DNA of 64,000 bases from Candidatus Omnitrophota bacterium (GCA_029560465.1 JAKQKX010000090.1:72189-136188), one strand, 5' to 3'; counted from the first letter of the stretch, positions 19,501 through 28,733 are shown. Translations and numbers: made by a program. The notes: generated by a model not told the origin, from the letters alone.

Positions 19501-20859
19501 ATTCCGGGCCGGTCGGCGCCGGGGGCTTCCGTTTACGAACCCCGCATCACCAAAGACGACATCATTTATTTCCCTTACCTCAGCCCCGTCCTGGATGAAA
19601 TCCTCATCGCCGCCTTTACCGCGCACGGGTATACCGCGCAGATCCTGCCGGTTGACCCGGCCATGATTCATCTCGGGTACAAGTATGTTTCCGGGGGAGA
19701 ATGTTTACCGAATGTCGCCGTGGTGGGTTCGATCATCGACCTTTTTCAAAAAGGCCGCTTCGACGTCAAGAAAGGCGTCTTGTATCTGGGCGACTCCTGC
19801 GTGGCCTGTAATTTCCATCAATACACGTCCCTGATCTGGGCCGCCTGCCGGAAAGCGGGGATTAAAAACTTGAGGATCTTCTCCCCCAAGCTGGGGGTCA
19901 CGGGCCAGGGGCTGCCCCAGGAACTTTCCTTTGACATAAGCGCTTCCAGCGTTTTAGGGTCACTCCTTTACAAACTGTATTTCCGCGTGCACCCCTACGA
20001 ACAGGAGCCCGGGGCGACTCAGCGCGCCCTGGACCGCTCCATCGCGATCATCAAAGGCTATTTAAATAAAAAACTGCCGCTTTGGGAAATTCCTGTTCAG
20101 AAACTCGGCGGAGAGCTTAGCGAACTTTATATAAAACATTTTATAAACGCCGGCCCAACCGCGGCCGGGGCGGAGCCGTCCGGCCGGGAGGATGAAAAGC
20201 AAAAAACTTTCTTTATAAATAAAATCAAAGAATTCCTGCACCCCAGCAAACATCTGCTCAACGCGGCGAAAGAAATCCGGTCGCTCTTTGAAGCCATCGC
20301 GGGAGCCGGGGAGAGAAAGCCTCGGGTCGGCCTTCTGGGGGACCTTTACGTGAAGTATAACCCGGTTTTAAACCAGGACATCTACAGCCTGATTGAAGAA
20401 CTCGGCGGCGAAATCCTCATCCCTTCCTATCTGGAAACCGGCGCGCATTTCATGGACGCAGCGGTCCGGGAAAGCGGGGCGGACAGGATGCCCCTGGTCA
20501 AACTGACAATGTACGAAAAAAGTTTTGAAGAGATCTTCCAGGGACTCCTGGACGAAGTGTTTGAGCCGCCGGTGGAAGAATGCGTCGAACTCATGCGGGC
20601 GTACGGGATAAAACATTTCATCCCCGGAGAAACGACAATCAACGTCTGCCGTCTGCTTTATTACGTCAAGCATAAACTGGTCGACGCCGTCATCCACCTT
20701 AACCCCATCCTCTGTTGTCCGGGGTCAGTGACGTCCTCGATCTACCGTAAAATGCAAAAAGATTTCAACATCCCGATCGTTGATATTTTTTATGACGGCA
20801 CCAACCGGCCCAACAGGATGATCGTCCCGCCCATGAGCACCCTAAAAAAGCCGCGATAA
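16558..20859 (+). CDS. giant fusion of two BadF/BadG/BcrA/BcrD-type (HgdC-like) ATPase/activase domains with an HgdB/DUF2229-like C-terminal domain
   Basis: The product is 1433 aa. A first acetate/sugar-kinase-fold ATPase domain starts at aa 1 (LGFDLGSRNIHYVAL ... LLLIGGVSRN). A second starts near aa 305 (LGIDVGSTSTKCILLD ... ASSVMNYVCAAGTGSF). A Cys-containing dehydratase-component-like region of about 850 aa follows. Confidence 0.7.
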   Translation: MKLGFDLGSRNIHYVALDNDTVVARETTEHQGDVLGRVQDLIQGARQRFGAIESFGITGNTSAAALCLIDPVLACTRANRFLKTGCRHILAIGCETFALIFLDAEGNYLEHSFSSDCASGTGSFLDQQAKRLGYSTEEFADKAFHFQGKTPAIATRCSVFAKSDIIHSQAEGFSKDAIAAGICEGVVRSILSYTLGGRKPDGPLLLIGGVSRNRKIVSEIEKKLGVPVIVPENPLTFNALGAALLGNGSDQPLLDGLSDIRVHRPSREKLEIKLTRYPDFSQDKTYTNDGVEVILYRALPGETLNAFLGIDVGSTSTKCILLDENKTVLYGLYTTTAGDPVAAVAKLFKELSRIFVSKTLNIRGAAVTGSGRQIIKEITGADLAVNEITAHARGATFLDPDVDTIIEIGGQDSKFTLLKNGYVASSVMNYVCAAGTGSFIEEQAKKLDVPLAAVSDLALGQEAPLTSSRCTVYMERDLNTYIAEGWSKPQILASVLFSVRDNYLSKVAGRTLLGNTIYFQGATARNKALVAAFENEIGKPILVSKYCHLTGALGAAVILMETGAPDSRFRGIDLDFKTDSELCDLCANHCSLTVFNINGARVAWGMKCGRDYDERRPGRANPLSRLEQEYQNIFEPLPRPHENAKTVGIPLTLYMKEYAALFVDFFENLGLNLILERNAAGHLEQGKAIARADFCSPMLVIHGLVKALAGKKIDMLFLPAFINTQSLLDSLPEEEHFLKKNRDSYFCYYSEYAPTIVNNLVTLDIKDILVSPKIKLNNQPVEKVAEDIAQSLAGHIPLPQADIVESFLTAYRADMKRKAQWRETGTRRLASGKDRIKILLLGRPYVVFDRTINSGIPAKLEALGYELIHQSMLDLPNEPGPFSSRYLDRMHWYYGQQILLATETALKNDNIYPVFLTNFHCSPDAYVVTYFKEMMENAGKPYLVIQLDEHCSDIGYQTRLEAGMDAFLNDFNRRKGHPNLPIPGRSAPGASVYEPRITKDDIIYFPYLSPVLDEILIAAFTAHGYTAQILPVDPAMIHLGYKYVSGGECLPNVAVVGSIIDLFQKGRFDVKKGVLYLGDSCVACNFHQYTSLIWAACRKAGIKNLRIFSPKLGVTGQGLPQELSFDISASSVLGSLLYKLYFRVHPYEQEPGATQRALDRSIAIIKGYLNKKLPLWEIPVQKLGGELSELYIKHFINAGPTAAGAEPSGREDEKQKTFFINKIKEFLHPSKHLLNAAKEIRSLFEAIAGAGERKPRVGLLGDLYVKYNPVLNQDIYSLIEELGGEILIPSYLETGAHFMDAAVRESGADRMPLVKLTMYEKSFEEIFQGLLDEVFEPPVEECVELMRAYGIKHFIPGETTINVCRLLYYVKHKLVDAVIHLNPILCCPGSVTSSIYRKMQKDFNIPIVDIFYDGTNRPNRMIVPPMSTLKKPR

Positions 20860-20936
20860 AAAACGCGGCATCCCCGCCCCATGGCCAGCCGGGCTAGGCA
20901 TCCGAGCAACACCACCCCGGCACAGGCGCCCGGACG

Positions 20937-21905
20937 TTATCTAAAATCTTCGATGTCCGCGTTGAGCAATTCTCCGGCGATATCTTCCAAAGTCACGATC
21001 CCGACACAATGATTCTGGTCATCCACCACGGAAAGGAGATGTTCTTTATTCTGCAGCATGGAACGCAGGGCTGTCATGAGCGTATCGCGGCGGTTGACCG
21101 TGTGAATGGGTTTGGCATTGGCCACAAGACCGATGATGTCATCGTCGGAGGTGGGAATAACGTTCTTGGTAACAATATAGGCGAAGATGTCTTTAATCTC
21201 CATGCTGGCGCTCACCGGGTAGCGGGTATGCCCGCACTGGCGGGCCAGCGCCAGGACCGCTTCCGGCTTATCCCCCTTCCTGATGAAACGGACCTCTGGG
21301 GGGGGGATCATGGCGTGGGTGATCAACGTGTGGCTAAGACGCACGGCGTTGACAATGATGGTTTCCTGTTCCAGATTGATCGCCTTGCCTGACCGCGCCA
21401 GTGTCGCCAGCGTTATGAGGTCAGCCGTCGTGATCTGCTCCGACTCGCCTTCGGATACCAGCCGTTTGAACATGCGTTCGCTGATCTGTATAAGGGGCCG
21501 CATTAACGTTGTCACGGCCTCCAGGATCGGCCCGGCGACCGGGGCCAGTTGATTGCGGAAAGTAACGGCGAGAATTTTGGGCAGGATCTCGGTGCCGAAA
21601 AGGATAACGACCGTAAACAGGACAGAAAATACCCAGATGTTGTTTTCCCCGAAAATTTGCGCGAAAGCCCCGCCGGCCACCGTGGCCCCGCCTGTGTGGG
21701 CGACCGTGTTTAAAATCAGGATTGCGGTGATCGGCCGGGCAACATTGCGTTTCAGGCGCCGCCAGGCCTCCGCGGCTTGCGGACGGACGGATTGCAGACG
21801 GTTCAATGTCAAAGGATTCAGGCTTAACAGCAGGGCTTCTGCCAGCGAACAGAGGAACGAAACGATAACCGCAATGGTCGAGCTTATAATCAGGACGAAC
21901 GTCAT
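20937..21905 (-). CDS. CNNM/DUF21 + tandem CBS domain protein (CorC/TlyC-family Mg2+/Co2+ transporter)
   Basis: The 322-aa product has an N-terminal membrane domain of about 4 TM helices, followed by a CBS pair. Confidence 0.75.
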   Translation of the reverse strand: MTFVLIISSTIAVIVSFLCSLAEALLLSLNPLTLNRLQSVRPQAAEAWRRLKRNVARPITAILILNTVAHTGGATVAGGAFAQIFGENNIWVFSVLFTVVILFGTEILPKILAVTFRNQLAPVAGPILEAVTTLMRPLIQISERMFKRLVSEGESEQITTADLITLATLARSGKAINLEQETIIVNAVRLSHTLITHAMIPPPEVRFIRKGDKPEAVLALARQCGHTRYPVSASMEIKDIFAYIVTKNVIPTSDDDIIGLVANAKPIHTVNRRDTLMTALRSMLQNKEHLLSVVDDQNHCVGIVTLEDIAGELLNADIEDFR

Positions 21906-21939
21906 TTTATGATCCTCCCCTCATATATTTCCCAATGCC

Positions 21940-22212
21940 CTATTCCAGATATCTTTCCAACTGTATATTACATGCAGGACATTTGGAATAACCCACCGGA
22001 TAGGAAGTCCAGGGAAGAGAAGAACAACAATCATTGCAATATAACGCGCCGCATTGAGGGCATTTATGAGCTTGAAGTAGCGTCTTTCCCGTAAAGGGAG
22101 ATTCAAATGGTTTCAACGCTGCCTTGTGACATTTTGCACATCTAGGACCAAACCATTTCTTAAAAAAGCTCAACTTATTAGCCTTCCGGCCAAGTTCACT
22201 GTACAACGTCAA
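21940..22212 (-). CDS. small Cys-rich putative zinc-ribbon protein
   Basis: The 90-aa product has CAKCHK ... CPQCGALYCNDCC ... CPAC cysteine pairs. No family was recognised. Confidence 0.4.
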   Translation of the reverse strand: MTLYSELGRKANKLSFFKKWFGPRCAKCHKAALKPFESPFTGKTLLQAHKCPQCGALYCNDCCSSLPWTSYPVGYSKCPACNIQLERYLE

Positions 22213-22286
22213 CGGCCGCGCGGAGCAGCGCCAGTTTCTAAAGGCACCGAGGCGCGTTTTTCGATAGCGCCTTTTTAAAACCTTGT

Positions 22287-22637
22287 TTATTCTGCTTTTT
22301 TGAAATTCTCAATCCTGTTTCGCATACTTTCCTCATGCTGCTCATCCGTATAGTTCGGGTCTTTCAGGTCTCTCCATAATTGGCAAGGGATTTCTGGACA
22401 CCTCCCGCAATGATTAATTTTCTTTTTATCAATCACGCAAGCGTAAATCGGACAAACGGTAGCAGAAATATAACTGGCCCACCAAACTTTGCCTTTAATT
22501 TTAAAACATCCGGAGCACTCGGATTTCTTTAAATATTCACAGTCCGAACATACACAACCGCAGACCGACAACTCTTTATTCATGTTTTTCCTTTTCTCTA
22601 AATTCTCATGAAGGATAAAAATCCACCGGCGGAGCAA
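22287..22637 (-). CDS. DUF3795-like Cys-rich protein; probable true start at the internal Met MNKELS near 22583
   Basis: CGCVCSDCEYL ... CSGCFKIKG ... CPIYAC ... CGRCPEIPC is the cysteine pattern typical of DUF3795. Confidence 0.5.
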   Translation of the reverse strand: MLRRWIFILHENLEKRKNMNKELSVCGCVCSDCEYLKKSECSGCFKIKGKVWWASYISATVCPIYACVIDKKKINHCGRCPEIPCQLWRDLKDPNYTDEQHEESMRNRIENFKKAE

Positions 22638-22640
22638 GGA

Positions 22641-24503
22641 TCATTTCCAAGCCGGGACCGTGGCTGCCTGCCGCTCTTCCACCACCAGGCTCCTCACCAT
22701 GTCCTCAAAGATCTTCCGGCTTCCCTCAAATTGCTCCTGGCTGTTGGTATACTGAAAAGAAAAAATCGCGCCGCTGATTAAAAACTGATACCAGGCGGTT
22801 TTCCGGGTGCGGGCCTTATCCCCCATCTCAATATACGCCGCGCTCAAGCCGTTAATATCAACAGCCCTTGGCTCCGGGATATCCATCTCCCCGCCGACTT
22901 CTTTCTCCATGATCTTGTTGACATACCGGGAAAATTCCAGAGCGGTCGTGACCCCTTCCGGCAAATTATCCCGTGTCACGGCCACAGAAGGGAGCAGGCT
23001 GGCCGGGTCTTGAGCGTAGAGTAAAATCACGTATGTCCCGTTGGGCATCCTCGTGTTCCGGGCCCTCTGCCAGTTGTGAGGTGGGTTGATGGTCATGCGC
23101 GCCGACTGATAAAGGATTTCGTCCGGCTCACCGTCTTGGCCCGGGACGCCCACCCCGAGATTGGCGATCGCCTGCGTCGCGTCAAATAAAGTCGGGAAGC
23201 CTTCAAACGTCGCGTCCTCCGGCATGTCTCCGCCATAATAATGATCCCGGGCGTATTCCAGTGTCTCTTTCAGCTCCAGGGCAGCGGAATCATCCGGCTT
23301 CTTTTCCAGGGCCCGGGCGACCATTGCGTAACTCTTTTTAATATTCCCGGAATAATAATACCCCATCGCCGCCACCATCACCGCGTCCCGGCTGGCAGCG
23401 GCCTCGGGATTGACGGCGAGGGCTTTCTCGGCGAACTCCGCGGCCAAATCCCCCTTGCCGATCGCCACATAAGCGCCGGCCAAGTAAAGCAGGGCGTCGA
23501 GGTTATTTGGATCTTTTTTAAGCACCTCTAATTTTTCCTGTTCCATGGGAACGATTCCACGGGGCCCCGACACTCCCGCCGCCGGCGCAAGGCCGCCCTG
23601 GGCTCCCTTTTTATTATTAATATGCGCGGCCATTTTCTCACCGACACCCGCATATTGCGCGTCCATTTTTTCCGCCGCCTTAAAGTCAGCCATGGCTTTG
23701 TCCTGCTGGCCCATTTCAGCGTAAATCATCCCGCGGAAAAACCGGAACGAGGGGTCTTCAGGCGCAAGCTTAACAGCCTTATCAAGGTCTGCCACGGCCT
23801 TATCAAAAGCTTTCTGAAAGATATAAACCGCGGCCCGGGCGCCGTACCATTGCACGTTTTGTGGGTCCAATTCAATAATTTTCGTGCGGTCTTCCACGGC
23901 TTTATCCAGCTGGCCGGTTTCAGCATACAGTGTCCCTCGCGTCAAGTAAGCCTTAAGATACGAGGGATTCAGTTCAATCGCCCGGTTATAATCAGCCATC
24001 GCTTCCTGTTTTTTTCCCATTAAGGAATACGTCAAGCCACGGTTATAGTAAAGGATCGCTTCCGACGGTTTTAAATCAATCGCCCGTTGATAATCCTGCA
24101 AGGCTTTTTCAAATTCTTTTTTTATAGCGTAACAGCTGCCGCGGTGATTATAACCATCAAAGAAATCCGGCTGCTGCTCGATCACTTTGCTGAATATTTC
24201 AATCGCCTGGTCATACTGTCCGGATCTTTCATGAGACAAGCCCTCCTGGAACAACGGCCCCCCCACGAGAGGATCGGACGGGGAGTCCGCGGCGACCGGA
24301 GACGACACGGATGTTCCCTGCGCCTGTCGCACCAAAAACTGCAGATGGCGCATGGAATATTCCTGCACAATGATCGCCAGCCCCACGGCAAGCATAATAA
24401 ACGACAGGATCTTAACGAGTTTTACAACTTTTGTGAAGCACACGACGCCAAAAAGCAGCACCGCGATGTGAAAGAGGATAAAAGAAATATCATTCATAGT
24501 CAT
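22641..24503 (-). CDS. membrane-anchored tetratricopeptide-repeat protein
   Basis: The 620-aa product has two N-terminal TM helices. Multiple TPR units (AxxYxxxGxxyxxxgxydxAixxyxkA) run through the C-terminal 450 aa. Confidence 0.7.
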   Translation of the reverse strand: MTMNDISFILFHIAVLLFGVVCFTKVVKLVKILSFIMLAVGLAIIVQEYSMRHLQFLVRQAQGTSVSSPVAADSPSDPLVGGPLFQEGLSHERSGQYDQAIEIFSKVIEQQPDFFDGYNHRGSCYAIKKEFEKALQDYQRAIDLKPSEAILYYNRGLTYSLMGKKQEAMADYNRAIELNPSYLKAYLTRGTLYAETGQLDKAVEDRTKIIELDPQNVQWYGARAAVYIFQKAFDKAVADLDKAVKLAPEDPSFRFFRGMIYAEMGQQDKAMADFKAAEKMDAQYAGVGEKMAAHINNKKGAQGGLAPAAGVSGPRGIVPMEQEKLEVLKKDPNNLDALLYLAGAYVAIGKGDLAAEFAEKALAVNPEAAASRDAVMVAAMGYYYSGNIKKSYAMVARALEKKPDDSAALELKETLEYARDHYYGGDMPEDATFEGFPTLFDATQAIANLGVGVPGQDGEPDEILYQSARMTINPPHNWQRARNTRMPNGTYVILLYAQDPASLLPSVAVTRDNLPEGVTTALEFSRYVNKIMEKEVGGEMDIPEPRAVDINGLSAAYIEMGDKARTRKTAWYQFLISGAIFSFQYTNSQEQFEGSRKIFEDMVRSLVVEERQAATVPAWK

Positions 24504-24542
24504 CTCCTTAATTGTGCGAGCAGTTTCTCCCAGCCCAACGCT

Positions 24543-26336
24543 TTAAATCTGAAACTGAGTTTCGTACAGCCGTGTGTAAAGGCCACAGGTTTTCAGGAGC
24601 TCTTCATGAGGACCCAGGCCGACAATCTGCCCCTGGTCAAGGACCACAATTTTATCAGCTTTCATAATGGTGGACAGGCGGTGCGCGATGGCGATAACCG
24701 TACGGCCCTGCATCAGTTGGTCCAGGGCTTCCTGAACGAATTTCTCGGACTCGGAATCCAACTGGGAAGTGGCTTCATCCAAAATCAGGACCGGCGGATT
24801 GCGCAGGATAGCCCGGGCGATCGCGATACGCTGTTTCTCCCCACCGGAAAGCCGGAATCCCCTGTCGCCGACGACTGTTTCATAAGCCTGCGGCATCTGA
24901 ACGATGAACCGGTGGGCGTACGCCCGCTGCGCCGCGGTTTCAATATCAGCCTGGGTCGCGTTAGGCGTGCCGTAAGCGATATTGCTGCGTACCGTGTCGT
25001 TAAACAAAAATGTTTCCTGAGCCACGATCCCGATCTGCTGGCGCAGCGATAAAAAGCTCACGTCCTTAAGATCCACCCCGTCCATAGCGACCACGCCCTC
25101 CACCGGGTCATAAAACCGCGGGATAAGGTTGGCCAGGGTCGATTTCCCTGTGCCGGTGGGCCCCACGATCGCGACCAGTTCCCCGACTCTGATGGACAGG
25201 TCGATATCCTTCAACACCAGATCCGATTCGTTATCATAACGGAAAGAGACATTTTTCAGGTCGATCCCGACCCGGATCGTCGCCAGGTGAACAGCGTCCG
25301 GCTTTTCCTTAACCGTCGGTTCTTTGTCAAGCACGTCATAAATGCGCTCATTGGCGGCCAGCGCCTGCTGCACCATGGCGTGCACGTTGCCGAGTTTCTT
25401 CATGGGGCTGATGATCGACATGACGGACGCGAAAAAGAGGAAAAAAACCCCGGTGGAAAGTTTTTCGTCCATCACCTGCCGGCCAAGCCAGAAGATGATC
25501 AAAACCCCGAAAATCACCGAAAAAATTTCCGTGATCGGCGCGATCAAAAGAGTCCGGCGCACCGCCTTCATGCGCAGTTTATAAAAATCATGGTTTTTGG
25601 CGCGGAACCGCGCAATTTCAAACGCCTCGGTGCAAAACGCTTTCACAACCCGAACCCCGGAGATAGTCTCCAGCAAAATCGTGTTGATGTCCGCCATGCG
25701 TTCCTGAGTGCTGCGGGAGAGCTTACGGAGTTTTTTCCCGATCAGGCTGATCGGCCAAATAATAAACGGGAAAACAAAGAAAATCAGGACAGCGGCCTTG
25801 AGATGAATCGCAAACGCGATCGAAACATACATGACGACCGTAAACGACTGAACAAACATGTCCGTGATGCTGTAAGACACCGCGTTCTCGACAACCTGCA
25901 CATCATGCGTGACGCGGGAAAGAAGCTCCCCGGTGCGTTTCTTGCTGAAATAGTCCAGGGAAAAACTCTGAATTTTGGCATAAAGTTGAAAGCGCACATC
26001 CCGCATGATGAGTTGAGAGATATCGTTCATTAGAAGAGAATAAATATAAATAATGACGTTCTTCAACACAATCACCACCAAAACAACGACAGGAAGCGCC
26101 AAGAACATGGTTTCCGGTTCAATGCTGTTAAGCCAGTCGATAATCTCTTCAAAAGCCGGAGGCAATTTATTCGGAAGGATGATGGGTTTCTTGGTGAATA
26201 TCCTATCCATCACCGGGACGATCAGCGACATCTGGAAACCCTCGAAAATCCTGGAAAGGAACATCACCATCACGGCGAGACCAAACCTATTTTTGTATTT
26301 GGCCAGGAATTTCAGCAATTTGAGGTAATTTTTCAT
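24543..26336 (-). CDS. ABC transporter permease/ATPase fusion (MsbA/lipid A exporter family)
   Basis: The 597-aa product has a 6-TM domain, a Walker A motif GPTGTGKST, an ABC signature LSGGEKQRIAIARA and a Walker B motif ILILDEATS. Confidence 0.85.
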   Translation of the reverse strand: MKNYLKLLKFLAKYKNRFGLAVMVMFLSRIFEGFQMSLIVPVMDRIFTKKPIILPNKLPPAFEEIIDWLNSIEPETMFLALPVVVLVVIVLKNVIIYIYSLLMNDISQLIMRDVRFQLYAKIQSFSLDYFSKKRTGELLSRVTHDVQVVENAVSYSITDMFVQSFTVVMYVSIAFAIHLKAAVLIFFVFPFIIWPISLIGKKLRKLSRSTQERMADINTILLETISGVRVVKAFCTEAFEIARFRAKNHDFYKLRMKAVRRTLLIAPITEIFSVIFGVLIIFWLGRQVMDEKLSTGVFFLFFASVMSIISPMKKLGNVHAMVQQALAANERIYDVLDKEPTVKEKPDAVHLATIRVGIDLKNVSFRYDNESDLVLKDIDLSIRVGELVAIVGPTGTGKSTLANLIPRFYDPVEGVVAMDGVDLKDVSFLSLRQQIGIVAQETFLFNDTVRSNIAYGTPNATQADIETAAQRAYAHRFIVQMPQAYETVVGDRGFRLSGGEKQRIAIARAILRNPPVLILDEATSQLDSESEKFVQEALDQLMQGRTVIAIAHRLSTIMKADKIVVLDQGQIVGLGPHEELLKTCGLYTRLYETQFQI

Positions 26337-26605
26337 AAACGTATCAGTGCGGGGGATGACCGGAAACAGCCCGGAATCGTTGCGATATTAGCATACCCAT
26401 CGATTTCTGTCGAGGCATTTGTTATTTTCTTCCCCCCTCCGTTTGACGTGAAAGACGTTTGGCGTATGTGCCCGTTGATAATTTATTGTATAACTGGTTT
26501 CTGAAAAAACCACGAAAAAATGAACAAGAAATCTGGCCCAAGAATTACTTCATCCAGGGTTTGAATCCGCTGAAAAAAACGATATAATAGTAAAAAAATC
26601 AGGAG

Positions 26606-27283
26606 GTGATCATGGTTTTAAAAAGCGTAAAAGTTCCCGCGCCCATGGTGCCAATTTTTGAAGAGGCTGAGAAGTTTGTTAATAAATACTTTGACTCTTT
26701 TTATTCCAACAAGCTGGAGGGCAAGATCTCCATCAGCGGCGAGCGCTATATCTTGCTGAACGCCAAATCGTTAAGGGTTAACTTCGCCAAAAACTTAAGC
26801 GAAGCCATGGGCTTGTCTGACGACATGGCTCAGGACGCTGCCGATAATTTCCTGTACATCTTAGCCAGATCTATCGGCCGGGAAGACGCCAAAAGATTCG
26901 CGGCCAAACAACAGGTCGCCGACCCGGTTGCCAAGCTGGCCGCAGGGCCGATAAGCTTTAATTACACCGGCTGGGCGTTCGTAGACATTTTCCCTGAAAG
27001 CAAACCATCCCCGGACAAAAATTATTTGCTGATATATGACCACCCCTATTCTTTTGAATGCGACGCTTACCTCTCCGTTAAAGGCGCTCAGTCCGTCAAG
27101 CCGGTTTGTGTCATGAATGCGGGTTACTCTTCGGGTTGGTGCTCCGAAAGCTTTGGCATGGAATTGGACGCGAAAAAAATTATGTGCAAAGCCAAAGGAG
27201 ACCCGGCCTGCCGTTTTGTCATGGGTGTTAAAGAAAAGTTGGCTGGCTACGCCGAGTGGGCGTTAAACAATATCCGGCGGTAA
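26606..27283 (+). CDS. V4R (4-vinyl reductase / hydrocarbon-binding-like) domain protein
   Basis: The 225-aa product has a C-terminal block GYSSGWCSESFG ... CKAKGDPACRFVMG, matching the conserved Cys/Gly pattern of V4R domains. The assignment is by motif only. Confidence 0.45.
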   Translation: MIMVLKSVKVPAPMVPIFEEAEKFVNKYFDSFYSNKLEGKISISGERYILLNAKSLRVNFAKNLSEAMGLSDDMAQDAADNFLYILARSIGREDAKRFAAKQQVADPVAKLAAGPISFNYTGWAFVDIFPESKPSPDKNYLLIYDHPYSFECDAYLSVKGAQSVKPVCVMNAGYSSGWCSESFGMELDAKKIMCKAKGDPACRFVMGVKEKLAGYAEWALNNIRR

Positions 27284-27292
27284 GGTTAAACC

Positions 27293-27535
27293 ATGCCCGA
27301 TCTTTATGATAAAGTTTATAAGGAATGCGCGGTCTATTTCGGGGCGGAGACAAAAAGATTCCTGGACCGGCAGATAGAATGCCATCTCAGCAAAACACCG
27401 CGGAGCCTCGACTATCCTGATATAAACATGCTGGCCAAATGGATCCGGATTTCCGGGGGGCTTCTCCTGCCGAAGGAGAAAGCGGAAAAGCTGTCCGCGA
27501 AAATACTCGCGTTAAAGCCGGGACCGGTCTCTTGA
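27293..27535 (+). CDS. small hypothetical protein
   Basis: The 80-aa ORF starts 9 nt after the V4R stop and ends 18 nt before lpxB on the same strand, so it is probably co-transcribed. No family was recognised. Confidence 0.35.
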   Translation: MPDLYDKVYKECAVYFGAETKRFLDRQIECHLSKTPRSLDYPDINMLAKWIRISGGLLLPKEKAEKLSAKILALKPGPVS

Positions 27536-27553
27536 AGGCGTTTTCATAAACTC

Positions 27554-28714
27554 ATGTCAAAAACTAATCCCCATTTCATTATCGTGGCCGGCGAAGCCTC
27601 CGGAGACATGCACGCAGCCCACCTGGTCCGCGCGATCAAAGAACGCTGCCCCCAGGCGTCCTTTTCCGGGCTCGGCGGGCCCCAAATGGCAGCCGAAGGG
27701 GTTGATCTCCTGACCGACTTAACCCGTTGGGCCGTCGTGGGGTTTGTGGAAGTCCTGAAACATTACCAAAAATTCAAAAAAATTTTTTACCTCCTGCTCG
27801 CCCACGTCAAAGACACCCGGCCCGACGCCGTTATCCTGGTGGATTACCCGGGCTTCAACCTGCGACTGGCCCCGGAAATCAAAAAACTGGGTATCCGGGT
27901 GATCTACTACATCAGCCCGCAGGTCTGGGCCTGGAAAGAAAAGCGCGTAGAGACGATCCGGGATCACACCGACCGCTTGCTCGTGCTGTTCCCGTTTGAA
28001 AAAGGATTTTACGCGCGCCATCACATTGACGTCACCCTGGTGGGGCACCCCCTTGTTGACATCGTAAAAACGCAGGAAGAACCGCGCGATTACCTCCGGG
28101 ACCACGGGATCCCCGAGGGCAAAACCGTGATCGGCCTCCTCCCCGGCTCCCGCCTCAACGAAATCAATAATTTGCTCCCGGCGATGCTTGAGGCCGGCCA
28201 TGAGATCAGAGCCAAAACCCTGTCCCCTGTCCAGTTTCTGCTCTTTAAAGCCCCCACCATCCCTCTCGATCTTTTAGAACAGCACATCCGGAAGCAGGGG
28301 CTGCCTGTCCGGATCCTGGAAACCAACATCTACGACGGAATCCAGTCCTGCGCCCTCTGCCTCGTGGCATCAGGGACCGCGACACTTGAAACCGCCATCC
28401 TCAACACGCCCATGGTCATCATCTACAAGACCACGTTCCTCACCTGGCTGCTGGCCAAACTGTTCATTAAGATTCCCTGCATCGGACTGGTTAATATCGT
28501 GGCGGGGAAAAAAATAGTCCCGGAATGCGTTCAGCAGGAAGCCAACGCGCGCACCATCGCGCAGGAAGCCATGAAGATATTAAGCGACAGCGAAAAACGG
28601 ATACACATGAAGAAAGAATTGAGCCGGGTTAAAGAGCTTCTGGGAGACCCCGGAGCCAGCGGACGAGCCGCGGAAGAAGTGCTGCGCGTGGTTCAAGACA
28701 CGGCGGCAAGATGA
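27554..28714 (+). CDS. lpxB: lipid-A-disaccharide synthase
   Basis: The 386-aa product starts IVAGEASGDMHAAHLVRAIK, with GT19 family blocks along the full length. Confidence 0.85.
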   Translation: MSKTNPHFIIVAGEASGDMHAAHLVRAIKERCPQASFSGLGGPQMAAEGVDLLTDLTRWAVVGFVEVLKHYQKFKKIFYLLLAHVKDTRPDAVILVDYPGFNLRLAPEIKKLGIRVIYYISPQVWAWKEKRVETIRDHTDRLLVLFPFEKGFYARHHIDVTLVGHPLVDIVKTQEEPRDYLRDHGIPEGKTVIGLLPGSRLNEINNLLPAMLEAGHEIRAKTLSPVQFLLFKAPTIPLDLLEQHIRKQGLPVRILETNIYDGIQSCALCLVASGTATLETAILNTPMVIIYKTTFLTWLLAKLFIKIPCIGLVNIVAGKKIVPECVQQEANARTIAQEAMKILSDSEKRIHMKKELSRVKELLGDPGASGRAAEEVLRVVQDTAAR

Positions 28715-28733
28715 CCCCTGTTATTTCAGGGGT
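28714..28733. terminator. hairpin (ACCCCTG-ttattt-CAGGGGT) overlapping the convergent stop codons of lpxB and the Cys-rich protein gene
   Basis: A perfect 7-bp inverted repeat is visible directly. No strong T-tract is present on either side. Confidence 0.3.

Noticed and set aside
24087-25052. 321-aa plus-strand ORF
   Set aside because: It is antisense to the 3' end of the TPR gene and the ABC transporter gene. It has no recognisable motifs and a compositional artefact pattern (R/H-rich).
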